64,000 nucleotides of DNA, taken from the NCBI GenBank assembly GCA_905178155.1, contig CAJINV010000011.1, positions 493,914 through 557,913 of the forward strand. The letters are read 5' to 3'. Positions 13,199-24,779 of the stretch are shown here, one piece after another; within the stretch, counting starts at the first letter, position 1, and the number at the start of each line of letters is the position of its first letter. The translations under genes were made by a program, and so were the position numbers. The stretch is from Amoebophrya sp. A120 (lineage: Eukaryota; Protista; Dinoflagellata). The notes beneath the pieces were generated by a model. The model was given only the letters and a program-made list of their open reading frames with translations, was not told the origin of the DNA and did not search any database.

Positions 13199-13772
13199 TT
13201 ACTGCTGCGGCCCCTCGCGGGCCTCTCGCGCGCGTCTCTGCGCCCGGATCCTGGCAACGTCCTCCCAGGGGTCGGCCCGCAGTGCGGCGCGGACCTCTTC
13301 GGCCGCTTCAACCGCTTCGTCTGCTGTCGCGTGAAGTTCCGGGTCGATGACGCGGGTCAGCGGGAAGACCTCCCCGGCGTCGTCGGTAATGCGCACAGTA
13401 GCTACGAGCTTCTTGATCGCCGTGTTGAAGGTAATCCCCACCGGAAGCTCCTTGCTGCTCCCGCGCAGCTCGAGCGCCTGCTTTACTCGCTGCGGCTCTT
13501 CGTTCCGGAGCCGCTTCGGCAGCGCTCTCTGCTCCGGCTGTGGTTTTGGTGGTGGCGCGAACGCCTCGCCAAATTCTTCCTCCGCGGCGGCTTGTTGCCG
13601 ACAGCGCATGTGTACAAATGCCGCGCGGAGAGAGCCGAAGCGCTTCAGCGGTCCCTTGTTCCCCGGGCGGCACTCCGAGCACGCGCACTCTATTTCTGAA
13701 ATGCGCCACTTCTTGGGCCTCGGCAGCGAGGCGTCTCGGTAGAGCTCCGGGAGGTCGTCGAGGTCTGGGTGA
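13199..13772 (-). other. GC-rich coding-like fragment with zinc-finger-like and AP2-like motifs; possible transposon remnant or small gene
   Basis: The frame of ORF 13199-13609 stays open upstream: HPDLDDLPELYRDASLPRPKKWRISEIECACSECRPGNKGPLKRFGSLRAAFVHMRC...LPVGITFNTAIKKLVATVRI. Short tandem repeats (ttacaa, ttcac) lie downstream at 12841-12875. Confidence 0.35.
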
Positions 13773-14706
13773 ACTACAAAATCCTCCCAGGTGCAGACCT
13801 GCTGAACGATGTCACAAAACTCCGCCCGATGTCACAAAACTCCGCCTAACCATTCTCAGATGCAGTAGCAAATTCAATTCGGTTTCAATGTTTTTGAAAG
13901 AGAGCTACCTGGACCAACGCGACGACATTAGTCAAGGGCCTCCTCCGTTGCTGTGCCCACCGCTACTGCGAGAAAGTATGGAGAAACTCAATTAACGTAC
14001 CAGCCGCATGTAATACTTCGATTTGTAAACCAACACAGTATTCTACAGACCCACTCGAAAGGACTAAATCAAGACTAAACATTCATTTTCCATTTCTCTA
14101 AAAACGAACTGACCACTAAAGCTCTAACTTTTTTTGAGTATAGACACGACACAGAGACTAATTTTCGTTTTCCTTTCGCCCGGTAAAATAAGTACAAAAA
14201 TCTTCTAGAGAACGAAACAGTATTTTTATCGACGCTCAGATAATTCTCTACAGAACGATAAGTATGTTGGTGAAAAAGCCAGTGAACCTAACTTCAGTGA
14301 CCACTCGGACCAAATCCACTTCATGTGAAGAAAAACAAAGTTCGAAACTATCTAGGAGCGTTTAGAACATACGCTCGGTACTACAGGACCACTCTGGGAT
14401 AAATCTTACATTTGAAAGTAAACTCCATATCGGAGTAGAGCAGAAGAAATGAATGAATGAATGATTTACCCAAGGCGCGTCTGGTGCCGCAGGTGAAGAT
14501 GAAAGACTTCCTCCACGACGAGACGCCGACCGCACCGATTTACATTTGGTACTAACAGTACGTACTGCTGTTGAACAAACTTCGAAACAAGTACAAGATC
14601 AACATAGCAGAACCAGAAGCAGAGCGAAACGGTAAAACATTAAACATGGTCTCCGCTGTACTTGGTACAACTATATGCCGGAGACGAAGACAAGTTCAAT
14701 TCAAAC

Positions 14707-14816
14707 CCGGATATGCAGCACCATCCGGATCGTCTAGTGGCCGTGGCCGTGGTGCGGCGTCCGGATATGCAGCACCATCCGGATCGTTTATCAAACTCGT
14801 CTAGTGGCCGTGGCCG
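14707..14816. repeat. Local duplications at the 3' end of ZIP paralogue 2
   Basis: ccggatatgcagcaccatccggatcgt at 14707 and 14761; cgtctagtggccgtggccg (includes the stop codon) at 14731 and 14798. Confidence 0.8.
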
Positions 14817-17800
14817 GCGTGCGCTCCGCCAGCCGCCCCGGCTTCCGCACCGTGGTCGTGGGCACCGCAGTGCTCGTGCTCAAACAGCGCCAAGCCGATG
14901 CAAACGGCCCCCAGGACGAACAGCCCCAAGCCGGCCAGCTGCTGCTTTGCGCTGACGTGTTGCTTCTTCCCGCTGTCCACCGAACCAGCCGGGGGCATGG
15001 CGCGGCCCATGCACTCCACGCAGGCCAAATAGGCGTAGGTGCTATCAACTGTAAAAGTGTCTGGGTCTGGAAGAATTCATGTTTGTCATGCTTGTCTGGC
15101 ATGACTCCTAACTCTGTCATGCACGTTACCCAAGATCTGCGTTTTTCTGTGATGCACAAGCGCAGTTTGTCATGCAGAATAGGCAACACCTAGGAGCTCA
15201 GAAACTTGTCATGCTGAGCCAGCATTTGTAGCCTCATCATGAGAGGCTACCCAGCATCACAAGTTCCCAGGCCCAGACATTTTTACATTTGATAGGTGCC
15301 ACCGCCGAAAGCGACGATGAGTCCCACGGTCAGCTCGTCGTAGTCACTCGCGAGGGCCAGCAGGTATCCAAAGTAAAAGCGCCCCAACCGCAAGGCTGTC
15401 ATACAGATTTGCAACGACAGGAAAACTTGTAATGCGCATCCCCATGAGAGGCACCATTTCTAATCATGTAAGTAATGGAATTTGTGATGCTCGAAACAGG
15501 ATGCCAGGATGGCTTTGTGATGCGGCTTCCCTTGCTAACCCGCATTACAGTACAGGAAAAAACTTGTCATGCGTGACTCCCAAATCCTCTGGATCTGTGC
15601 TGGAGAATTGCCATCTTGACGACTCTGGGGTAGGGACGTTTTTCCACAGGATAGCAGGCCGCCCAGCATCACACTCAAACCGGAGGTGAAGTTCAGCCCC
15701 AGCGCCTGGACCGGCGTCAGCTTGCCCGGGCCGGTCAGCATCTATCCTGTGCAAAAGTATCGTACTCCTAGTAATCGCCGTCATGCATTACAAATCTCGA
15801 TCCCAAGGCAAAACAGCATGACAAACTCCATTTCTCATGCTGAGTGAATTTGTCACGCGATTTCTACTAGTACGATACTTTTGCAGTTCATAGCATCAGG
15901 TAGTCCGCAATTTCCTGCGCAATCTCGTGCAACACCGCCCCGAGCGCGACGATCCAGCCACGGCTGTGGCTGCAGGTGAGAAAGGCAGCACCGATGAACA
16001 CGCCGTCCGCAAAGTTGTGGAAAAAATCACCCAACAACACGGACACGAGCAAAGTCGAGGAGAGCTTCTTCAGCAGCGGCTCGTCCTTGATGTGCTATGC
16101 ACTTCAAACATGCCTGGGTCTGGAAGGTTGCAATGCTAGAAGTCAACTATAGGCGCCCTGCCATACGCAGCCTCGCATGACAATTTTTTTCGCATCCTAC
16201 AACTATGTTGCGTATTCCGCATGCATGACGCGCTGCGTTCTTGCATGACAAGCAAGAGGACCCTTCTTGATGCCCATTTGCATCACAGAGTTTCGAGTCA
16301 TGCCGGACTAGCATGACGAGTCTAGCAATCTTCCAGACCCAGACATATTTGCAGGGGATATGTTCTCTTCGATGACAACGTCGGTCTTCTTCGCGGCCAC
16401 CGCACCGTCGGCAACCCCCTCCAGCTCCCCCGCAGTAGCGACCTTGTTCGTGGGGGTTCCGACCACCGAGTCACCCTCGTCTTTCTGCGGCAGGATATCC
16501 AGTGCAAAAGCATCGTACTCGTTGTAATTGCAGTGTAGGCATGACAAATCTCATTTCCATTCCAAGGTAGAACTGCATGACAAATGTAATTTTTCATGCT
16601 GAGGAGCAAATTTGTAATGAAATTCATACTAGTACGATGGTTTTGCAATGCATACAGGATGAACTGAAACAAAACGCTGATCGCGGGCGGCACGAGGAAA
16701 CCGAACAGAATCGCGGTTCCCCAAACGGTATGCGAGGGAAGAAAGATTCTGAGCTGCGTACAAGCAGAATTCCAAGTACTGCTATCGTTCGACAAGTGCA
16801 TATTTTAACTTGATGTTGATCATGTGTAGTGGCACTTAGAGTGTCGAGATGAGCCAACATTCTCGGGAGTAGATGCACATCGCTAATATGTACATCAAAT
16901 TCACCAAGTTGACGCAGCAGAAGAACTTGTTCTTTCTTCTCTACCATACAGGAACACGATGGTACTTTCTTCCGCGTCGGTCATGCCATCGGTGATCAGG
17001 TGCGTGGCCTCGAACCACATGAAATACGCCGCGGCCGCGAGCAACGCACCCGCAGTATGCAAGAAAAAAACTGTGTAAGTGTAACTTTGTGTTGCAGACG
17101 TTGCAATACAGTTACACTTGTCATGCCGGATGTGCATCTTCAGAGGCAATTTTCATACGTGTTTCCGCGTACTGGCTACGCATGACAGGTTTGCTCTGTC
17201 ATGCACACCAAATCTGTGATGCAGTTCCTGCAAAGAAGTTACACTATACACACTTTTTCCTTTGATACGCAGCGAAGGCCGAAGAGCCCGCAATCCACGA
17301 AGCCTGATTTTAAGTCAACACACGGAAGTAATAATCCAAGAGCAGTAGTGGAAAAAAGATTTTTCTAGTAGAAAAAAGATTTTTCAAAACAATCTTCCTG
17401 AAAGTAACTTTGGACCACTCAAATGCAGCATATTATATGCACCTGGCGGGTTTTTTCCGCGTGCGCCTTGGCAAAGTCGGTCATGTTCTCTTCTCCCTTT
17501 TTGCAGACCATGGTGGCGGCGACCACTAAGACGCCCGTGAAGGCAATCAGGTTCACCGTCAAGCTATCAAATGCAAAAATGTCTGGGTCTGGAAATCTGT
17601 AATGCTGATAGGTCATGAGTGAGAACGCCTTTGAGTGCAGTACTGCATGACAAATTTGTAAAAATGCTTTCTCATTCTCAGTGCACATTACAAACTGCGC
17701 TTTTTCATGACGAAACTGTGGCGCTTTTGTTGCTTTTATGCAATACACATTTTTCTGGAGTCCTGGACACGCAATACAAGTTCAACCTTTCCAGACCCAG

Positions 17801-18905
17801 ACATATTTGCATCTGATACAAGCAGGCCAGCAGCACCTCCCCCCACGGCTTGTGGTCGTGGTCGTCGTGCGCCGCGGCAGCCGGGGCGGCGTGCGCTTCG
17901 TGCAGTTTGTGCGCAGCTATGCATTGCAAAAATGTCTGGATCTGGAAGCATGTGAAGTTGTGATGCGCATTTCACAACACACACAAATTTCTCATGCATA
18001 GGCAGAAAAAGACGCCTACTTCCTGTCACCAAAGGGGGGATTTGTCATGCGGATTAGGCATTGCGAAACCTTCTCGAAACCTGTGATGCTGGCGCTTCCA
18101 TGCCAGACCTGCTGTGTCATGCAAAAACAGCATGACATCTTCCAGACCCAGACATATTTGCATTTGATAGCAGCCTTGATCACGTGGCCTTCTTCGTCTA
18201 GCAGCTGCAGGTGCGTGAAGATACTGGACGAGTTCGAAAACAGCAAAATGTGGTTCGCGCCGGTCAGGTCCAGCTTGAACAACTTCATGGGCAGCGTCGT
18301 GCTTGCCCCGGACGCGAGTAACCGGTAGGCGCAGGTGGAGTTCGGCGCGAACGTCAATTCCGACGCGGGAACTGCGCCGGTGGCCGGGGTGGTGTCGTGC
18401 GCGGTGAGCAGGGAGGTGACGTTTTTCACACACCCATCCCCGTCCTCCGCCTCGTGCAGCAGCTCGCGAGCGTTGTCCTGTACGGCGTGGTGATCGTTGT
18501 CCATCTATGCACTGCAAAAGGATCGCACTCGTAGTACTAATTGCGTTTATGCATTACGAATCTTTTCTTAAAGGTAAATCCGCATTACAAACTTAATTTG
18601 TAAAAGTGCTGAGCTAATTTGTAATGCAATTTTTACTAAAAGTACGATACGTTTGCAGTTCATACGATCACGGTTTCGGCGATGTCGGCGGTGGCTGTGG
18701 AAGTGACCACCAGGAAAGGATTCGTCGTCGCGGTCTCGAGCCACAAAAAGTATGCGTTTTCCGGCGTGTTGTAGGTCGCACCCCAGTTGATCTCTCCCTC
18801 GTGCGCGCGCGCATGGGTGGTGGCGGACGCGAAGGACAGAAATCCCGGAGCAAGGGAAACCCGCAGTAAACCCGCGGCGAATAAAACAATGTTGTTGACA
18901 CGCAT
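14801..18905 (-). CDS. ZIP (SLC39/LIV-1-like) metal transporter, paralogue 2; 10 introners plus 1 GT-AG intron (17304-17442)
   Basis: Exons are collinear with paralogue 1 (INWGATYNTPE, DNDHHAVQD, KPWGE, AAAAYFMWFEATHLI, HNFADG, HEIAQE, HEHC...HAGHGH*). Confidence 0.9.
15043..15294. mobile_element. Introner, family A
   Basis: TAT...ATA; DR ggtgc; same subfamily as 63044-63295. Confidence 0.9.
15365..15653. mobile_element. Introner, family C
   Basis: TAT...ATA; DR gcagg. Confidence 0.88.
15743..15892. mobile_element. Introner, family B (same site as family A element 10639-10899 in paralogue 1)
   Basis: TAT...ATA; DR gcatc. Confidence 0.92.
16096..16360. mobile_element. Introner, family A
   Basis: TAT...ATA; DR tgtgc/tgttc. 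Confidence 0.85.
16496..16654. mobile_element. Introner, family B
   Basis: TAT...ATA; DR cagga. Confidence 0.9.
16729..16948. mobile_element. Introner, single-copy family J (GAAGAAAGA TIR), decayed DR
   Basis: tatgcgagggaagaaaga / tctttcttctctaccata; removing it plus 5 nt restores VFL|WGT as in paralogue 1. Confidence 0.75.
17056..17267. mobile_element. Introner, family D-like
   Basis: TAT...ATA; DR cgcag. Confidence 0.85.
17565..17818. mobile_element. Introner, family A
   Basis: TAT...ATA; DR caagc. Confidence 0.9.
17918..18169. mobile_element. Introner, family A
   Basis: TAT...ATA; DR gcagc; same subfamily as 57314-57565. Confidence 0.9.
18506..18664. mobile_element. Introner, family B
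   Basis: TAT...ATA; DR ccatc/cgatc. Confidence 0.88.
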
Positions 18906-19472
18906 CTTTGTGGTTTTTTCTTGGTACCCTCGCAGCCCAGAAGAACCTGCTCTGCTGGCCTCTTGTAGTGACTGACGTGCGCTGTATTCCCTAGGTTTAT
19001 TTCAAAAGAAAAATCATATCAACGGTTGATGGCTTCTGAAACAAGACCGTGTTTGATGTCGATCCGGTTTGGGTTGTATGTATTGAAAACTTTTCCGTTT
19101 TTGGGGTACGAGGGGGGGGGAAACACCTACCAAGCAAACACGACGAGCAGCGTCGAAATAGTAACACAACGGCCAGCCGCGCACGGCAACACGAACACTG
19201 TCCATTTCCACTCGCATCTCTGAGTACTTCAAGGAACCTGAGAAAAAAATCGACCTTGAATCAACATCGCAGGAGGAACCTTTTTTTATTTTTCCCCGCG
19301 CTACGTACTACTTCTTTTTCAATTCCTCAGAAGCCGAAACGAAACCTGCTTCAAGTCTTGGTCAACTTGTTCGTCCTCCTATACTGCCTTGATCCTCAGC
19401 CTCACCTCTTCCCTCTAGCCAAGAAATATTCACCAAATTCCATGAATTTTTGTCTTTCACTCGATTCTAACG

Positions 19473-22400
19473 TCACATCAGACCGAAAAACTTTTTGATT
19501 CCGGGAAAAACAATCCTTTCCGTGCAGTTCTCGATTTCCTTCCCGGTCCATATGTAGTCGATCCCGGTCCGGTTCGCTAAGTTTTCAAAGGGCGTGGCAA
19601 ACCCCTCGTTCCGAGGCCCGACCTCGACGAGAAGCGAGCCGCTTTTCATGAACAAGGCGTTTGACAGCGCCGCTCCGTGCGTCCCGATCAGCACCGTGGC
19701 GTTGTAAAAAACGCGGATGGAATCCACAAGAACCGGCGTTTCTTCCTCGAGTGCTGCGGAGTTTTTGGGACCCAAATCTACCGCAGGGTCCAGCATTCGC
19801 ACGGTGAACGAAGGCGATGTTGCAGCTGTAGTACTAGAACTCCTAGTTCTGTCCGCAGTACTTCTAGTTGCAGCAAATTGTGCCAACAATGCCTCCAACC
19901 TTTTTGCCTCCGTTTCCCACTTTGCGCTCAGGTTCTTCCGCCGCTGCGTTTGCTTGCGGAGCATGATCAGAATGTTGTGGTTGATCGACGCACGGTTTCT
20001 CGTTTTGTGTAGTTGTTCTCGTCCTGCTACATTGTTATTGTGCTCTTCCGGGTCCTCGCGCTGTCCGCCGGCATCATCGGCAGAAGTAGTAGATGCCGGA
20101 CTGTTCGTCGCCTGCACTTGCGTTCCTTCTTTAATATTGTCTTCGTAGGCAGATGAAACAGGCCTAATGTGATCACGCGGGGCCCCGTTCTCGTCTTCTT
20201 CAGGCCAAACTCCGGCCAATCGCCACAGGTATTCACGTGCGTATTTGTACACGCGCTGCGGTAGCTGCGAGATTTCTTCTTTCCTTCCTACCAGATCAAA
20301 GCCCTCCATCACCCGCAGAGTTGTTTTCAGCCTAACGTGCGACTTATTTTGATCTTCGCCCAAAGACGACGATCTATTTTTCAGTTGTACCGGAGCAGCT
20401 CTTGTTGTGGTTGTCGGTTGTATAGAAGCTCCTGCTTCAGGAGTTCTACTCTCAGACCCAGACCCGCCAGGTCGTTCAGCGTTATCTTCAGCACCCCGCT
20501 TTGGTCTTGCTTTATTGGCTTCGCTCGCCGTCCGTACAACCGGCGTAGTGACGTCCGCATCTAGGATGAAATGGGCCACACGCTGCTGTTCGTCTTCAAA
20601 TTCATGTTCACTATTCCTCTTCAAGGTCAGGGACCTGTTCTGGCTGCCGTACTCGCGCACGATTCTTTTCGAATCGTTCCTCGTCACAAATTCCGACTCC
20701 AACCAGGACACAATGTTGGGATGATTACTGTAGTTCGAGTTCCAGCTGCTTTCTACTTTGCCGGCGTCTATTCGGGACAATGTGCCGGAGGAGCGACTGG
20801 GACTGGCGCTTCCTGTTACAACACTTGTAGCACCGTCGTAGCCGTGTTCTTTATTATCTTCAACATTCCTCTCAACAAAGTTCACGAACTCTCGGATCTG
20901 CCCCATCCGAATCGTGCGCTCACCGCGCGAGAGGAAGCTGCCCGCGAGATGGGTGCCAAACAACGCCCCGTGTCGCGGTTCATACACGAGCACCAGGTTC
21001 TTCCTCCCGGCGCCCAAAGCGGCTTCCCAGTGCGACTTCAGGTCGTAGTAGTTTTTCTCCCGCCACCCCGCCAGGTGGTAGGTCAACGGCCGGTAGACGC
21101 CCCAGCGAAACGTGGCACAGGGCACGTGAAGGTAGATGATGCATGGGGTTGGAGATTGAATTGTGCTGGGAGGCAATGATGATGATGATGATGATGAAGA
21201 TGCTGACGATGCTCCAACCCAGGTCGTTCTTGATTTTACTTCCTCACAAAGTCCGCGCGTTTGGTACAGCATCTGGGGCAGAAAGTCGATGAGAAAATGG
21301 TAGTACTCCAGAATTTGCCCGTACCCGGAAAGCGCCGTGTCGCTGCGCAGCCAGATGTGGTGCTCTTCTACAACAGTTGTAACGGAGGCTGGTGACATCA
21401 AGACCGCTGATGTTCTTGAAGGATCTTCCACTTCTCCGTGGCGGTGAGTGGCAGAAGTCTTCGCACTCCTATTTATCGCGTCTTCCTCCGATAGTCCGGA
21501 AACCTTTGCTTGGTCAGCCCCATCAAATTCCTTCTTGGATACGAGACGCAGTCGTATCTTTCCACTGCTACCTCTCTGCACACTCAGGGCCTTGCGCAGC
21601 CTTGCCAATTCCGCCTGCCTCGTATCTTCCGCGGCCCGCGCAGCCCTTTTTTGCCCGGCTGCCGCCTCCTATCCTGAGGAAAAACGTACCCACACCAGAG
21701 TTGTAATGCAGATTTGCAAAGACAGGAAGACTTCTAACGCGCCTCCCCATGAGAGCCATTTCCAATCGTGTTTTGTAATTTGTGATGCTGTGAACAGGAT
21801 GAGCAGATGAATCTGTGATGCGGCTGCACTTGCTAACCTGCACTACACTGCAGAGTCCAACTTGTCATGCGTGACTCACAAAACTCCTAGGTTTGTGTTG
21901 CAAAATCCCCATCCTGACTCTGGTGTGGGTACGTTTTTACTCAGGATACCTCCCGAGCGGCCTTCACCCAAAGAGGTTCGCCGTCCAGCAAGCTGAGTGG
22001 TCCCAGCTGAAGCCGCCGTTTGTCGGGGGCGGACAGAGGGGTAATTGCCGGCACGACCGTCGTCGCGCCAGGGACCACGGCAGGCAGTACAGTAGGAAGC
22101 TTCGTTTCTGCCGCTTGATCCTCTTTTCCTTCTACTACCCGAGGGAGTATTTCCTGCAGTGCTAGCGAATATCCTGTGCAAAAGTTGTATCGCACTCGAC
22201 TCGTAGTTGTAAATTGCAGTTATGCATGAAAAGTCTTTGTCTTCCCAAGCTAAATCCGCATGATAAACTCCATTTATTATGCTGAGCCGATTTCTTTTAT
22301 TCTGTTTATGTATTTACTACCAGTACGATAAATTACCTTTGGAATTCATAGCGAATGACGCAACACGAAGGCCTGGAGCTGCTCGAGCCGGTTGGTCTCC

Positions 22401-23083
22401 TTCGGCGGCCCGGCGGCTTCCCCGGCGTCGCAATCCGCCTGCTCGTTCACGTATTTGGTGGAGACAAGGGCTTTGACCAGAGCATCGTCGAACCCTAGAA
22501 GCGGCTCCTGGACGGTGACGATGGGCCGCAAAATTTTATCGCGCGACGACACAGGATCGGACCTCCGAAGGCTGTAGTTCTTGTGTGCAAGAGCTTCGTC
22601 GAAGGGAAAACTTTCATCTGGAAGTTGTACATTGCTCGGAAGGTAGTCGTATATAGTGGGAGTTGTAGCAGCCCTCGCAAGTTGCTGCGAATTTTTGTTC
22701 CTCTTCCTGGGCTTATTATTTTCTTCTCGTCCTGGCGGTGGATTTAGTACCCGCCACGACCTCCGCCGAAGTTCTACTTCCCTGGTGCTCTCCGCCTGCT
22801 CCACGCGCTGATCATGCTCTTGGTTCTGCAAAAAAACGAACACGACAACGGTCCCGTGAAAAAAGCAGACTAAGACCCGTAACGCCCACCAGGAGAGGCA
22901 CCAGAAAACCCGCGCGAGCCGGCTTTTGGTGTAGTATTTTCGTGGCGGGGCGGGGTACTGCACCTTTTCGCCGCTTGTGTCGACCACCTCGAAGGGGTCC
23001 TCGTCCGCAAGCTGCACAGCGTCGGGCTGCTCATCGTCAGGATCAGGCCCAAGGCAGCTGGTGAAGATCGCGGTCACACTCAT
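19473..23083 (-). CDS. Glycosyltransferase family 61 (DUF563)-like membrane protein; 2 introners
   Basis: Checked in-frame joins 22346-23083 -> 21941-22195 -> 19473-21608 (RHS|LALQEILP...AARE|AAAGQKR...ELARLRKAL). N-terminal TM segment, YYHFLIDFLP motif and C-terminal FYNATVLIGTHGAALSNALFMKSGSLLVEV typical of GT61. Confidence 0.8.
21670..21948. mobile_element. Introner, family C
   Basis: TAT...ATA; DR cctcc; near-perfect 30-nt TIR; frame restored on removal. Confidence 0.93.
22170..22350. mobile_element. Introner, family B (degenerate)
   Basis: TAT...ATA; DR gcgaa; frame restored on removal. Confidence 0.88.
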
Positions 23084-23679
23084 ATCTCACAAGGAACTTT
23101 CAACACAGAAATCAAATCGCTACGGATCAGTGTGCAGCTGTTTCTTAAGGAAAAATTACTGCCGAATATAGGATCGATTGAAGATCGTGGGTCGTTTCAA
23201 CTGCACACGTGTCGTGCTGAAAGCAAGACAGCCACAACACAGCGAACAGCACATTCTGTTTGTAACAAAGTCCATGCCCGGAGGGAGCGTGGTTTTATTT
23301 TTATAGTCGCGGTTTCTAATCACTGATACCCAAATGTTCCAAAGTGAAATCAGATAACGGACTTCCTTCGGTTTGTATCTATCTGTCAAAGAAAAGCTCC
23401 TGAAGAATAGCTGATGCTTACTGAATTGTGTGCGTATCATTATTTTTGTGGCAACATGTGCTTCATACAGCAGCATTAGAAGTTGTGTCGACTCGAAAGG
23501 GAAATGTTCACACCCTGGGCGGAAGCATAATCACGAAGTTTTATTTCGTTCTGTGCTCCTGAGAAAACGTGCGTTCCAGAAGCGACTTTAGGACAAGGTG
23601 AAGATTTCCATTGCATCGCACCACCTGTAGAAAAATCAAAATCAGTTCGGCTTCATCCTGTGGAAAGTAAATCGCTGCT

Positions 23680-24730
23680 TATGGGATGGACTCGACCATT
23701 CAACTTCAAAAACATTCAAAAAACTTGGCTCTGAAGCAAAATAGGGCAGTTATCCATGCAGTTTTGGACGTCTGGGTCGTCGTGTTGTCGGCGACATCGC
23801 CGGGAGGTGAGCTTGGTTTGTTATCGATGATGAAGTACCCAGCTTTAAATGAAGATCCCAATTTGAGCTAGCTAGTTTTCCCTTTAAAAGACATCGAAAT
23901 AAAGGACAGTAGCAAAGACCACCGCAGCCACCTTTTTGACGGACCCAACCTGTGACCTGCCTGATGACCCGCCTCTTGGACTTCTGGGGCCCCGTGGCAA
24001 TTTGTGGGACAAAGCGGCGGAAGAATACCTAGAAAATGGCGGAAGCGATGGAATTCTGGGAATGCTCGCGAAAAGTATTGCGCTTTTCCCAATCCGCATG
24101 GTATGGCAGATTTTTAGTAGAAATTCAGCATACCGTCGTGATTGCGTATCCGGGTACCTCATTGGATGAGGTCTATTGATGAGGTATAGAATTCACCTCT
24201 CCACGAACTGTTTCCGTGTTCCGGATGAGGTATAAAATACCCTCATCCGGGACCTTAAAAATACCTCATTTGAATGGTTTTGGTCAGATTTCGCTACTTC
24301 TCGATGCTATGGTGGACAAAAATGAGTCAAAAACCAAAAATAGTCGGATACTCCTCTTCAAGAAAGTGCCGACGCGCGACGGTATCGCGACCTCTATACC
24401 AGCAAATCTCTCACGGGGCCCCAAGAGCAGTGCGTGGCGGTGATAAGTGGATCCAATTGGCGGACGAACTCCTGCACTTATATAAGAATTTCAATCATAA
24501 TACCTGATAAATTGCGTTGCGTTTCACCCTCATTATCTAGCTCAAATTGGGATCTTCATTTAAAGCTAGCTATTTAGCATGAATATATAACGGCTTCCAA
24601 AACGATGACGGTGGAGGATCAAGTTCAGGTCGCGGAATCCGGGACGAATGCGCCGCAAAACAAACCTAATCTCTATTAAAACCAAGTTTTTTGAATGTTT
24701 TTGAAGTTGAATGGTAGAGTCCATCCCATA
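23680..24730. mobile_element. 1.05 kb non-autonomous TIR (foldback/MITE-like) element with TAT...ATA ends, outside coding sequence
   Basis: TIR of about 48 nt (tatgggatggactc.accattcaacttcaaaaacattcaaaaaacttgg); DR ctgct; perfect second IR 23841-23871/24537-24567; further inner IRs; no transposase ORF. Confidence 0.88.
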
Positions 24731-24779
24731 CTGCTGCTTCTCAAAAATACGGTATATTTGATGGACGGTCCTCCTCCAA

